Shown here piece after piece: positions 37,969 through 48,274 of a stretch of DNA of 64,000 nucleotides. Below the pieces are notes generated by a model, which had not been told where the DNA came from, made no database searches, and saw only the letters and a list, made by a program, of their open reading frames with translations. Source of the DNA: an uncultured Pseudomonadota bacterium (lineage in GTDB: Bacteria; Pseudomonadota; Alphaproteobacteria; Acetobacterales; Acetobacteraceae); assembly GCA_963822705.1 (NCBI GenBank), contig CAWGIX010000006.1, positions 109,567 through 173,566 on the forward strand, read 5' to 3'. Position 1 is the first letter of the stretch; every line of letters starts with the position of its first letter. Made by a program: the position numbers and the translations under genes.

Positions 37969-39261
37969 TCAACCGCGTGCGCGCCGGCCCAGCACATCAA
38001 GCAAAATCGACTCGAACTGGCGGGCGACATTGGCCCACGAGAACCGCTCCTCCAACCGCCCCCTTCCGGTGCGAACCAGGGTGTCGCGCAACGCCCTGTC
38101 GTCCAGCAGCCGCAGAATTGCCTGGGCGAACGCGGCCGGCTCGTCGGCTTCGAGAAAATGCCGGCCGGCCTCGACGTCAAGTCCTTCCATCCCCACCTTG
38201 GTCGCCACCACGGGGCGGCCCATCGCCATCGCCTCGAACGCCTTGATGCGTGTGCCGCTGCCGATGCGCAGGGGGATGACCGATACGTCCCCTTCTGCGA
38301 CATGGGGCCTGATATCGGCAACCGAGCCGGTAAACCTCCAGGGCAGTTTTCGTTCGCGCGCGGTCGCAACCAGCGCGGGAGCGGGATTGCGGCCGACAAC
38401 GAGCGCGCGTGCGTCGGGACGGGCGCTCGCAACGAGCGGCCAGATATCGTCCATCAGAAAGGCGATGCCGTCGATGTTTGCGGGCGAGTCCATGACTCCC
38501 GTAAATACCACCGTGTCCGCCCGGTCGCGCGCCGGCGGCGGCATGAGCCGAAAATAATCCAGATCGATACCGGTATCGATCTGCTTCACCACGGGCAGCT
38601 CGTAGCGCCGTCTCAGCGCCTCCGCGTCGCGTGCGGAAACGGCGATCACGCAATCACGACCGCGCAGCGCGTCTCGCTCAAAGCGGCGCATCTTGCGCGC
38701 CTGGTCTCGCCAGACGACGCTCCACGCGCCGCGCGCGTGCTCCGCGTGACGTTCAAAAATCTCCGCCTCGACGTTGTGCGTGAACACCACCGAAGCAGCG
38801 TCGATCCGCTCTGGAAGCAGGACTGTCGCGTGGGGAAAATCCGCCAGAACTACTTCGGGCCGCTGTTCCGAAATCGCTCGTGCGATCGCGGACTGTCCGG
38901 CGGCCGAACGATCCATGGCTACTCCCACTGGGATCGGTGCGGCCAGCGCCATCACCCGCTCGCGCTTCGAGGCGGTACGCGCCGGCCAGGAGACGAACAC
39001 GTCGCAGGCGTTGCAGATATCATGCGAGAACGCCGCCTGATCCACTGGCGCGGGCGATGCCAGCGTGATCTCGAAGGCACCGCCCTTTAGGCTGCGCAGA
39101 ATGTTGCTGGTCCGGACTTTGCCGCCTTCGTTCATCGGAAACAGAAAGCGCGGGCTGACAAAGAGCAGGCGGGGTCGAGCCGTCACCAGCCAATCTCCGC
39201 CGGCCCCGGGTTGCTGTCTTCCCCGGCGATCTCCAGCACCAGCTTGAGGCTCATGACCCAC
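37969..39261 (-). CDS. Glycosyltransferase family 4 (GT-B)
   Basis: 'RLLFVSPRFLFPMNEGGKVRT', 'GSGTRIKAFEAMAMGRPVVAT'. An alternative GTG start at 39186 is possible. Confidence 0.85.
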   Translation of the reverse strand: MGHEPQAGAGDRRGRQQPGAGGDWLVTARPRLLFVSPRFLFPMNEGGKVRTSNILRSLKGGAFEITLASPAPVDQAAFSHDICNACDVFVSWPARTASKRERVMALAAPIPVGVAMDRSAAGQSAIARAISEQRPEVVLADFPHATVLLPERIDAASVVFTHNVEAEIFERHAEHARGAWSVVWRDQARKMRRFERDALRGRDCVIAVSARDAEALRRRYELPVVKQIDTGIDLDYFRLMPPPARDRADTVVFTGVMDSPANIDGIAFLMDDIWPLVASARPDARALVVGRNPAPALVATARERKLPWRFTGSVADIRPHVAEGDVSVIPLRIGSGTRIKAFEAMAMGRPVVATKVGMEGLDVEAGRHFLEADEPAAFAQAILRLLDDRALRDTLVRTGRGRLEERFSWANVARQFESILLDVLGRRARG

Positions 39262-39564
39262 CTCCGGGGCGGAGCGCCACTGAATTGCTGCTCACACAAG
39301 CCGGACCGGAAAGCTGGCCCGTTCGGCGCATCGGGCTCCCACCATCCTGCCACATCGAGCGACCGCCACGGGTTTGCACGCTGCAAAGCATGAGGCAAGC
39401 TGGGTTAAGGCTTTTATCATTCGCGCCGCAGCCGCTATCGTCGTTCGGGGTGGATCGACTGCGCCCAAGGCAAGCCAGCCAAGCCGCCCGGCAGAGCGTG
39501 CGCGTGCGCCTGCCGAAGCGCGGGGCGCTGTCGACGGGCCGCCCGGTTCGAGGTGAATGATCCA

Positions 39565-40475
39565 ATGAGCGATCGCGACTACGATATCGCCGTCTTCGGC
39601 GTCAACGAGGCGGCAACGATCGAGCGCTGCCTTCTGTCTATCGACCGTTCCTGCACCGACCGCCGCGCCCGTATCGCGGTATCCTGAACGGCACTACGGA
39701 CAATTCTCCCGAGATTATCCGCTCGCTGCGCCTAAACAACGCGGCTCTCTCGGTCTATTTCTTTCCCGCCGCCGACAAGGCCAACGCGATCAACCGCTTC
39801 CTGCACGACCTCCGGCTCCAAGCCCGAACGTATGTGTTCGTCGACGCCTACGCGAAAGTCTGCCCGGAGGCACTCAGGGCCATGGCGGCGGCGTTGAGCG
39901 CCCATCCAACGGCCCTGATCGCCTCGGGCGTCCCGACGACCGGGCGATCGGCGAACGCCACCCGCGCGAAAACCTTGCAGGGCGGCGTCGTAAACGGCCA
40001 GTTCTATGCCATCACGCCGGAATTCGCGAACCGCTTTGTCGCCGCGGGATTCCGCCTGCCGCTGCAGCTGTATCGCGGCGACGGGCTACTCGGCTCGATG
40101 GCCGCACACGATTTTGACGCCAGTGCAACGGAGTGGGACAACGCGCGGGTCGTCGGGGTTGGCGAAGCAACGTTCGAGATCTCACCGCTATCGGTTCTGA
40201 AGTGGCGCGACATCAGGCGGCAGTACCGGAGGGAAATCCGTCAGGCGCGCGGACGCCTCGAGAACGAGGCCGTCAAGTCGATCATCTATGCCAGCGGCTA
40301 CGCGGCGCTGCCGGGGAACGCCAACGACATGATCAAGGATTGGCTCAAATCCCACGGCCTCAAGCCGAGATCATTGCGCGAGGGCTACTTTCTGCGGCTG
40401 GCGCTGCAGCAGCTCGACGGAGCACGCCCGGTGCCCTCGGAGCTTGTGCCGGAGTTGCTGCTCGATCGGCAGTGA
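39565..40475 (+). pseudogene. Glycosyltransferase family 2-like; 1-nt deletion at about 39680
   Basis: 'MSDRDYDIAVFGVNEAATIERCLLSID..ARIAV' in frame 1. It continues 'ILNGTTDNSPEII...YVFVDAYAKVCPEAL' in frame 0 (ORF 39834..40475). Confidence 0.7.
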
Positions 40476-40538
40476 GGGCCGCCCCCCGGCCCCGATGGTG
40501 AGGAGCAAAAGGACCATGCTGACCATTGAAGAACCTCA

Positions 40539-41459
40539 TTGCGGGGACTAAGAGTGGTACGGATGCTCCTTGCCGAACGCTTCAAGACGGTTTCCGACAT
40601 CATGCGCCATCCCCGCAATGCTGGCCGGCGGGGCGGTGCAGTGCTTGACTACCTGCGCTGGAATTTCGGCCACCGGGTCATGGGCATCGAATATGTGCTC
40701 CCGTTGGTTGATGGCGCGCGGCTGATCCTGTCCGATCGGCAGAACTATGCGACCCTGGTCTACACATGTGGCCTCTGGGACTTTCCCGAACAGGCATTCC
40801 TGCTGCACCTGCTGCGTCCGGAAGATACGTTTGTTGATATCGGGTCGAACGTCGGTGGCTACACCGTGCTTGCAAGCGCCGTGGCCGGGGCAAGGTCTAT
40901 CGCCTTCGAGCCGGTGCCGGAGACCTATGCGGAACTGCAGCGGAACGTACGCCTGAACGACATCGAGTCGATGGTGCAGACCTATTGCTGTGCTCTCGGC
41001 GAGGTAACGGGCGTGAACTGGATGACGTCCGAGCGCGGCGGACTGAACCACATCGCGACCAGCGCAACGGCACCGAACGCTACGCAGGTGGCCGTAGCCC
41101 GGCTGGACACGGTCTTGACCGATACTCCGTGCCGGCTCATGAAGATCGACGCCGAAGGCTTTGAGCTGCACATCCTGCGCGGCGCGCCGACGACGCTTTC
41201 CCGCACTACCCTCCAGGCGCTCATTATCGAATTGAACGGATCCGGCGGGCGGTATGGGATCAGCGACGACGACGTGCATCGGGAACTCACCGGTTTCGGC
41301 TTTGAGCCGTGCACCTACGAGGTCGGAACCAGGATGCTGATGCCGCTGGGCGGATATAATCGAGACCGGCTGAACACCGTCTATGTGCGGGATCGGATGG
41401 CAGTTGCGGAGCGGGTGGCGGAGGCACGCCGCTTCAGTCTGCATGGCATTTCATTCTGA
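40539..41459 (+). CDS. FkbM-family methyltransferase
   Basis: 'FVDIGSNVGGYTV', 'LMKIDAEGFELHIL'. Start uncertain (ATG at 40563 is also possible). Confidence 0.8.
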   Translation: MRGLRVVRMLLAERFKTVSDIMRHPRNAGRRGGAVLDYLRWNFGHRVMGIEYVLPLVDGARLILSDRQNYATLVYTCGLWDFPEQAFLLHLLRPEDTFVDIGSNVGGYTVLASAVAGARSIAFEPVPETYAELQRNVRLNDIESMVQTYCCALGEVTGVNWMTSERGGLNHIATSATAPNATQVAVARLDTVLTDTPCRLMKIDAEGFELHILRGAPTTLSRTTLQALIIELNGSGGRYGISDDDVHRELTGFGFEPCTYEVGTRMLMPLGGYNRDRLNTVYVRDRMAVAERVAEARRFSLHGISF

Positions 41460-41779
41460 AACGAGAGCCAGTTCAGCGATGGGCACCGGCCTGAGAACGA
41501 ATATGGGAAGCGTTCAGGGATTTTAAATCAATACGCGCCAGACATGCGCTGTGCAAAAGCTGAAACTCATCCGGAGGGCCAGCCCTCAATCAGATCGCCG
41601 CTTTCCTTTGCATGAGATACACGCGTAATCGGCATTACCTACAGGCACGCTTAGGGACTGACGGACCGCTACGGCCGGGCAGCGGAGGTGACCGCCTTTA
41701 CTGCATCGAACGTGAACGGGGGCACCGTTGCGCGGCTACACGCCGGGATGATAACAGCCGTGGATATGAGAGTGCGCTG

Positions 41780-42847
41780 ATGGCCCCATCGGGACGCGAT
41801 CCTGCGGGACACGATCCTGCGGGACACGATCGTGGCAGTTTGGACCGACAACCGGGTCCGCCGGTTCCGACCGAGGGGCGGGAGCTGAGGGCGGCGGGGC
41901 GGCAACTGCTCGTCGTCGTGCTCAACTACAACGGCATTGCCGACACGCTGGACTGCCTGGAGAGCCTGCGCGCTCAGACCTGTGCACAGGATGGGCCGGG
42001 GCTGGCCATAGTGGTCATCGACAACGGCTCGCGCGCCGATGACCTCGGCCGCATCGCCGCCCGGTTCCCGGAGGTCGAGGTGGTTGCGCTCGGCGAGAAT
42101 CGCGGCTGGGCGGGCGGCAACAATGTCGGGCTGCGGCTGGGGCTGGAGCGCGGCTTCGAATATATCTGCCTGCTCAACAACGACACCGTGCTGGACCCGC
42201 ACGCGCTGGCAGAACTGCTGGCGGCGGCGGCGGCGGTGGGCGAACCGTGCCTGATGCATCCGGTCAGCCACGATTTTGAGGACCCGAGTTCCCCACAGCT
42301 CGCTCCCGGCCCGGCGCCGGCGACCCCGGACGCCACCGCGCATTGGCTCGCGGAACAGCACGACGTCGTCGAGATCGCTTTCGCTTACGGCGCCTGCCTG
42401 CTGATCCCGGCGAGTCTGCCGCGCCGCATCGGCCTGCTCGACGAACGTTTCTTCCTGCAACTGGAGGAACAGGACTATTTCCGGCGCGCGCAAGCGCTGG
42501 GGCTGCGCAGCTACTGCGCCCGGCGGGCACGCATCCTGCACAAGCTGTCCGTCAGTTTCGGCGGCCGCATCACGCCGGGGAAAACCTACTACCAGATGCG
42601 CAACCGTCTGCTGCTGACTGAAAAGCACGACGCCACGCCGCGCGGGGCGCTGTGGGCGTTGCGCGAGCTGCTGTGGACGCTGCGCAACCAAGCCGGGGCA
42701 GTGCGGCCGGGCGCGGCCACCTGGCCGGGCTTTCTGCGCTGGCTGGTCTCCGCCGACCCGTTCGCCCAAGCCGCCCGGCAGGGGTTTCGCGACTATGCGT
42801 TACGCCGCTTCGGGCCGCGGAGCGCGACCTTTGACGCCGGCCGATGA
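41780..42847 (+). CDS. Glycosyltransferase family 2
   Basis: 'VVVLNYNGIADTLDCLESL', 'VIDNGSRADD', 'ENRGWAGGNNVG', 'LLNNDTV'. The N-terminus carries a duplicated PAGHD. Confidence 0.8.
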   Translation: MAPSGRDPAGHDPAGHDRGSLDRQPGPPVPTEGRELRAAGRQLLVVVLNYNGIADTLDCLESLRAQTCAQDGPGLAIVVIDNGSRADDLGRIAARFPEVEVVALGENRGWAGGNNVGLRLGLERGFEYICLLNNDTVLDPHALAELLAAAAAVGEPCLMHPVSHDFEDPSSPQLAPGPAPATPDATAHWLAEQHDVVEIAFAYGACLLIPASLPRRIGLLDERFFLQLEEQDYFRRAQALGLRSYCARRARILHKLSVSFGGRITPGKTYYQMRNRLLLTEKHDATPRGALWALRELLWTLRNQAGAVRPGAATWPGFLRWLVSADPFAQAARQGFRDYALRRFGPRSATFDAGR

Positions 42848-42856
42848 CGTGGAGCG

Positions 42857-42888
42857 GCGGTTGCGGGTGGGAGGTTTTCTGCAACCGC
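42857..42888 (+). terminator. Stem-loop 3' of the GT2 gene
   Basis: GCGGTTGC...GCAACCGC: 8-bp perfect stem, 16-nt loop containing TTTT, 10 nt after the stop. Confidence 0.4.
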
Positions 42889-42979
42889 TGCAGCGACGGT
42901 GTGTGTTTAAATTGTAACGGAATTTGACCGGCAATGTTCTGGCGATACCGCAGGGCAGTGAACTCGGTACCTGTTCCGC

Positions 42980-43870
42980 TTGCAGATAGCCGGTGTGCTC
43001 GATACTCCTCCGATGCCCGTTGTGACGGCGCCGTGGACCATCGTCAGCATGGTGGGCGACGACGACGTCAGGATGTATCTGCTTGCGATAAAGTCCTTGT
43101 ACGCCAGGATTGGCCGTGGCCAGGTTGTAGCGATTATCCGCCGGGACGCGGCTCCGGCGATGAGGGGCGTGCTGTCCAAGCATCTCCCCGGGATCGAATT
43201 CGTGGTTCTGGAGGACATCGACACCGGCCGGTGCCAGCGCGGCGGTTGCTGGGAACGGCTCTGTTACATCCTCGACCGCTCCGAGCGCGAATACGTAATC
43301 CAGGTCGATAGCGACACGCTGCCGCTGCGTCACGATGTCGACGAGATCCTGGCCTGTGCCACCTCCAACCGCGCTTTCACGATGGCCGGCAGCGAGGGGT
43401 GGTGTCTTCGCACCATGCGCGAGAGTGCGCTGGACGCGCAGAAGATAAAAAGCGATCACATCTGCATCGTGACGGAACGCCTGTTCGACCGTTTTCCGGC
43501 TCCGGATACGACCTGGTACGTGCGAGGATCCGCCGGGTTGGCGGGTTTCGCCAAGGCCGGTTTTACGCGCTCCGCACTCGAGGAGTTCCACGATATCCTG
43601 CAACCGATGCTGGGCGAGCGCTGGAAGGAGTGGGGTACCGAACAGTGCGGCTCGAATTTCGCCGTGGCGAACTCTCCGAACCCCGTCGTTCTCGAGTGCC
43701 CGCTATACCGCTGCTACGACCCGGCCCATGATCCCTCCAACAGCAAGTTTTTGCACTTCATCGGCACCGCACGGTTTACCAACGGGGTCTATGCAAGAGC
43801 CGGCAGAAGCAACATCGCCGCGCTAAAATCTGCCGAGCCGCGGTCCGTGCCCGCCCGGCATCCGGCGTAA
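42980..43870 (+). CDS. Hypothetical protein, possibly GT-A-like (DxD-type 'VDSDTL')
   Basis: 296-aa ORF with normal composition, co-oriented with the glycan genes. No family recognised with certainty. Confidence 0.55.
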   Translation: MQIAGVLDTPPMPVVTAPWTIVSMVGDDDVRMYLLAIKSLYARIGRGQVVAIIRRDAAPAMRGVLSKHLPGIEFVVLEDIDTGRCQRGGCWERLCYILDRSEREYVIQVDSDTLPLRHDVDEILACATSNRAFTMAGSEGWCLRTMRESALDAQKIKSDHICIVTERLFDRFPAPDTTWYVRGSAGLAGFAKAGFTRSALEEFHDILQPMLGERWKEWGTEQCGSNFAVANSPNPVVLECPLYRCYDPAHDPSNSKFLHFIGTARFTNGVYARAGRSNIAALKSAEPRSVPARHPA

Positions 43871-43908
43871 CTGCCAAACCGGGCAACCAGCGGACGCGGC
43901 CCGACCGC

Positions 43909-45486
43909 TCAGTGCCGGCCTAGAACGCCGTCCTGCTGCCGCCACAGTTTTTCCGGGTTCTCGTCCCGAAGCGCCTCTGGCAGCAGGGCGGCGGGGAAAT
44001 TCTGGTAACACACCGGGCGCAAGAACCGCCGGATCGCCAAGGTGCCCACCGAGGTGCTGCGCCCGTCGGAGGTGGACGGGTAGGGGCCGCCATGCACCAT
44101 GGCGTGGCTCACCTCGACCCCGGTGGGATAGCCGTTGACCAAAATGCGCCCGACCCGCCGCTCCAAGGTCGGCAGCAACGTGCGCGCGTCCGCCGCGTCG
44201 CCCTCGTCCATATGGATGGTCGCGGTGAGCTGGCCCTCCAGTTTTTCGGCCAGCTGGCGCATCGTCGCCACATCGGGGCAGCGGACCACCAGCGAGGCGG
44301 CGCCGAAAACCTCCTCCTCCAGCTCGACGTGGCGGGAAAACTCCGCGGCACCGGTCATGAACAGCGCCGCCTGTCCCTGGGTGGGCCCGCTCCCCGCCTT
44401 GCCCTGCGCCACCGTCTCCACGGCCTCGTGTCCGGCCAGTCGGGAAACGCCGGTCTGGTAGGCTTTGTGGATGCCCGGTGTCAGCATGGTCGCCGCCGAA
44501 ACCTCGCTCAGCGCCCCCTTCGTGGCATCCACAAAACGCTGCAAGTCCGGCCCCTCGACCGCGAAAACCAGCCCCGGATTGGTGCAGAACTGCCCGGCGC
44601 CCAAGGTCAGCGAGCCGACAAAACCGGCGCCGATCTGCTCCGCCCGCGCGGCCAGCGCCCGAGGCAGCAGAAACACCGGATTGACGCTGCTCATTTCGGC
44701 ATACACCGGGATCGGCTCGCGCCGCCCCGCCGCCGCCCGCATCAGCGCCGTGCCCCCGGCCCGCGAGCCGGTAAAACCGACCGCCTTGATCCGCGGGTCC
44801 TCCACCAGCCTGGTGCCCACCTTGCTGCCGGAGCCGAACAGCACCGAGAAAACTCCTTCCGGCAGTCCGCAGCGTTTCACCGCGGACTGCATGGCCCGCC
44901 CCACCAGCTCGGACGTGCCCGGATGCGCCGAGTGCGCCTTCACCACCACCGGGCAGCCTGCGGCCAGCGCCGAGGCGGTGTCCCCGCCGGCGACCGAGAA
45001 CGCGAGCGGGAAATTGCTGGCGCCGAACACCGCCACCGGCCCGAGCGGGATATGCCGCAGTCGCAGGTCGGGGCGGGGGAGGGGTTTGCGGTCCGGCAGC
45101 GCGTGGTCGATGCGCGCGTCCTGCCAGCTGCCCTCGCGCACCACTTCCGCAAACAGCCGCAGCTGGCCCACGGTGCGCCCACGCTCGCCCTCGACGCGCC
45201 CGCGCAAGAGCCCGGTTTCGGCCATGGCGCGCTCGATCAGCTCGTCGCCGGTGTCCATGATGGCCTGCGCCGCCTCTTCGAGAAACTTTGCCCGCGTTTC
45301 CAGCGGCAGTGCGCGGTAGGCATCGAACGCCGCCCAGGCGAGCGCGCAGGCGCGATCCACCTCGGCCGCACTGCCGCCGCCATAGGGCGGGTCCATCGGC
45401 TTGCCGGTGGCGGGATTGGTGGCGCGGATTTCGTCATGCGCGCCCCGGAGCGCGGTGGCGCCGATCAGCATTTCACCGGTGATCAT
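43909..45486 (-). CDS. NAD(P)+ aldehyde dehydrogenase, alpha-ketoglutaric semialdehyde dehydrogenase-like
   Basis: Starts at '[10 protein letters not shown]'. '[32 protein letters not shown]', '[10 protein letters not shown]'. 525 aa. Confidence 0.88.
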   Translation of the reverse strand: MITGEMLIGATALRGAHDEIRATNPATGKPMDPPYGGGSAAEVDRACALAWAAFDAYRALPLETRAKFLEEAAQAIMDTGDELIERAMAETGLLRGRVEGERGRTVGQLRLFAEVVREGSWQDARIDHALPDRKPLPRPDLRLRHIPLGPVAVFGASNFPLAFSVAGGDTASALAAGCPVVVKAHSAHPGTSELVGRAMQSAVKRCGLPEGVFSVLFGSGSKVGTRLVEDPRIKAVGFTGSRAGGTALMRAAAGRREPIPVYAEMSSVNPVFLLPRALAARAEQIGAGFVGSLTLGAGQFCTNPGLVFAVEGPDLQRFVDATKGALSEVSAATMLTPGIHKAYQTGVSRLAGHEAVETVAQGKAGSGPTQGQAALFMTGAAEFSRHVELEEEVFGAASLVVRCPDVATMRQLAEKLEGQLTATIHMDEGDAADARTLLPTLERRVGRILVNGYPTGVEVSHAMVHGGPYPSTSDGRSTSVGTLAIRRFLRPVCYQNFPAALLPEALRDENPEKLWRQQDGVLGRH

Positions 45487-45573
45487 GGGCAGCTTCCTTG
45501 GTCGTTGAGACGGGTCGCGAGCATGCGGGAGCGGCCGCGCGCGCGGAACCGCCCAAAGCATTTCCGGAGCATT

Positions 45574-46020
45574 TTAGGCGATTTCGGGCGGCAGGCTATC
45601 GAACGGGTCGAGCGCGGCAATCCCAGGCATCCGGAAATGCCGCAGATTGCGGGTCAGCACCGTATACCCGCGGCTCAGCGCGGTGGCGGCGACGATGAGG
45701 TCGGCCAGCCCTGGCGCCTGCCCGGCGCCGCGCACCTGGTCGGCCAAGCTGCCCAGGACCCGGGCCGCGGGCACGTCGAGCGGCAGGATTTTCGCGCTGT
45801 ATAGATGCAGGAGCGCTTCGAACCAGGCCGCCAGAGCATCGGCCTTGCGCGTTGCTCCCTCGCGCCGGGCTTTTGCGATCCCGTCCTCGACCTCGGCCAC
45901 CGTAATCACCGACAGATACAGATGCCGGCTGTTCCGTTCCATCCAGCCGGCCAGGCCGGGTGGCGGCCCGCTTTTCGTGGGCGCGGCAGCCGAGAGCACG
46001 TTGGTATCGACCACGAACAC
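45574..46020 (-). CDS. vapC: Type II toxin, PIN-domain VapC/FitB-like
   Basis: 'MFVVDTNVLS', 'DLIVAATALSRGYTVLTRNLRHF'. 148 aa. Confidence 0.85.
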   Translation of the reverse strand: MFVVDTNVLSAAAPTKSGPPPGLAGWMERNSRHLYLSVITVAEVEDGIAKARREGATRKADALAAWFEALLHLYSAKILPLDVPAARVLGSLADQVRGAGQAPGLADLIVAATALSRGYTVLTRNLRHFRMPGIAALDPFDSLPPEIA

Positions 46021-46023
46021 GCC

Positions 46024-46266
46024 TCAGAGGTCCGGGTCGCGCAGCGGCGCGGTCGCGCGGTCGGGAATGTCGCCCGGCTCAAGCGGCGCCGACATCAATA
46101 GCCGGCCGAAGGACGGCACGCGGGACAGCCGTTCCCACTCCTCGAAACCGAGCACCACCGCCTCGCGCCTGCCGTGGCGCGTGATGATGGAGGGATTTCC
46201 CTGCCGGGCGCTGTCGATGACGGCCGAAAGCGTTGCCTTGGCGTCGCGGAGCTGGATTTCCTGCAT
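46024..46266 (-). CDS. Type II antitoxin, Phd/YefM family
   Basis: 'MQEIQLRDAKATLSAVIDSARQGNPSIITRHGRREAVVLGFEEWERL'. Ends 3 nt before vapC. Confidence 0.8.
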   Translation of the reverse strand: MQEIQLRDAKATLSAVIDSARQGNPSIITRHGRREAVVLGFEEWERLSRVPSFGRLLMSAPLEPGDIPDRATAPLRDPDL

Positions 46267-46399
46267 TACACGGTCTGTGACTACTGTGGTCACACGTAGA
46301 CCAGTGGTCCTGGAGGTGCAAGGGTGAACGCGAACCGGCGACTTGCCGCCAGACACGACGAAAGTCTTATCCCAGACGAGTCAACGTGGGCGGTGGGTG

Positions 46400-47227
46400 T
46401 TACGCCGCCGCATCCCATTCCGGCGCCCAGGCCGGGTCCACCATGCGCTGATCTTTTGGCATGCGGGCGATGGCGGCACGATCCTCATCGTCCAACGCGA
46501 GCTTCAGGGCCTCCAGATTGGCGCGCTGATTCTCCGGCCGCGCCGCCTTCGGGATTGCCGCGACTCCGTCCTGATCCAGCAGCCATTTCAGCGCCACCTG
46601 CGCGGCTGACGCGCCGTGCTTGCGGGCGATCGACTCCAGCACAGGGTCGTCCCCAAGCCGACCGCCGCCAAGCGGCCGATACGCCGCCACCGCCACATCG
46701 TGCGCGCGGCAAAACTCCAGCACCGGACCCTGGCCGAGCCCGACGTGATACTCGACCTGGTTGCAGGCAATCGGAGCGCCGATCTGCTCCACCGCCTGCC
46801 GCAGCAGCGCCACGTTGAAATTCGACACGCCGATCGCGCGCACAAACCCTTTTTCCCGCAGCTGCATCAGGGCGCCGAACGTGGCGGCAAAATCCATGTC
46901 CGGCGCCGGCCAGTGGATCAGGTACAGGTCCAGATACTCGGTCCGCAGCAGCCGCAGACTGGTGTGCAGCGCGCGCTCGATGGCCGCCGGCGCCAGCTCC
47001 GCGTACCAAACCTTGCTGGTGACATGAACGTCCTCGCGCGGCACGGAGCTGGCCGACAGCGCCTCGCCCACCGCCTCCTCGTTGTCGTACATCCGCGCCG
47101 TATCGATGTGCCGGTAGCCCAGTTCCAGTGCGCTGATCACCGCGCCGCGGCATTCCTCGCCGCGCAGCCGCCACGTGCCAAAACCGAGTTTGGGCATGCG
47201 CATGCCCTGGGCCGCGATGACTTGCAC
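46400..47227 (-). CDS. Aldo/keto reductase (2,5-diketo-D-gluconate reductase-like)
   Basis: 'LGFGTW', 'GYRHIDTARMYDNE', 'LDLYLIHWP', 'IGVSNF'. 275 aa. Confidence 0.9.
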   Translation of the reverse strand: MQVIAAQGMRMPKLGFGTWRLRGEECRGAVISALELGYRHIDTARMYDNEEAVGEALSASSVPREDVHVTSKVWYAELAPAAIERALHTSLRLLRTEYLDLYLIHWPAPDMDFAATFGALMQLREKGFVRAIGVSNFNVALLRQAVEQIGAPIACNQVEYHVGLGQGPVLEFCRAHDVAVAAYRPLGGGRLGDDPVLESIARKHGASAAQVALKWLLDQDGVAAIPKAARPENQRANLEALKLALDDEDRAAIARMPKDQRMVDPAWAPEWDAAA

Positions 47228-47235
47228 GAGAACTC

Positions 47236-48274
47236 CTATTGCCGAGAAAAATCGACCAGTGCGGCGAAACCGGTTTCGGTGCCGAACGCCAGGTAGGCGC
47301 CATCAGGACTCCAGGCGAGCGCCGAGACCGGGCCGCGCCCGGGGCCCGCGACCGGCAGGATCTTGTCGTTCGCGGTGCTGGCAACGACCACCAGCCCGTC
47401 GGAAAAACCGGCGGCGAGCGCGTCGTCGCGCGGATTGCAGGCCACGCGGGTGCACATCGCCTCGCCCGCGCCCGGCAACTCCGTGGGAGCTTTTCCCATC
47501 GGGCCGCCGCCAAAGAACGGCCACAGCACGACGGATTCCGCGCCGGACGTCGCCAGCCAGCGCCCGTTGCGGGAAAAGTCCATCGACAGCGTTTTGCCGG
47601 GATAGCCGGACATGCGCATGTGCTGCCCGTCGGAAAGCCGCCAGCCGTGCAGCGCGTTCTCCTGCATGGCGGTCACGATGTTGTCGCCGTCAGGGCTGAT
47701 CGCCACTCCGATGTGGCTGCCCTTCCATTCCAGAAGCCGCGGGTTGTCGCTTTTTGACGCCACGAACCACAGGCTGGCGCCGCCGTAATGACTTGCCGCC
47801 ACGCGCTTGCCCCGCGCGTCGAACGCCACGCCGGTCACCGTCGAGGGATGCGCCAGCTGTTTCAGCGCGCTGCCCTCGCCGTCGAACAGGTGCACGGTCT
47901 TGCCCACCGCGCACGCGAGCAGGCGAGTCTTCTCGTCGGCAAACCCGGCAACCTGCTCTACCCATTTGGAACCGAACCGCGCCACTTCGCGGATGGCGCC
48001 GTCCACGCCCACACGCAAAAACCTGCCGTCATCGCCGCCGGTCAGAAACCCGCCGCCAGGGCCGCGAGCCAGCGCCAGCACCGCGCCGCCATGCGCCTCG
48101 ATGCGCGCAAAATCGCCATCGCCGCGTGCCGGCCAGGTGCAGCGTGCCATCGCCCAGCGCGAATGCCGCGCAGCCCGACCGGTCGAACGCACACGCCACC
48201 ACGAACTCGCCCAGCTCGCGCGTCTTTCCCCGCGCGGTCAGGATTGCGTCCAGCGATTCCAGCGTGAGGCTCAC
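47236..48274 (-). pseudogene. WD40-repeat protein; frameshift about 48125-48150
   Basis: N-terminus 'MSLTLESLDAILTARGK..AFDRSGCAAFALGDGTLHLA' (ORF 48029..48274). Body 'ARGDGDFARIEAHGGAVLALA...SPDGAYLAFGTETG' (ORF 47236..48192). The GTG start overlaps the CobW stop (GTGA). Confidence 0.75.

Noticed and set aside
37240-43870. A tRNA-Pro-anchored integrative island.
   Set aside because: I saw no integrase, recombinase or transposase ORF, and no second copy of the tRNA 3' end. The core gene apt lies between the tRNA and the glycan genes. It is kept only as a low-confidence compositional remark.
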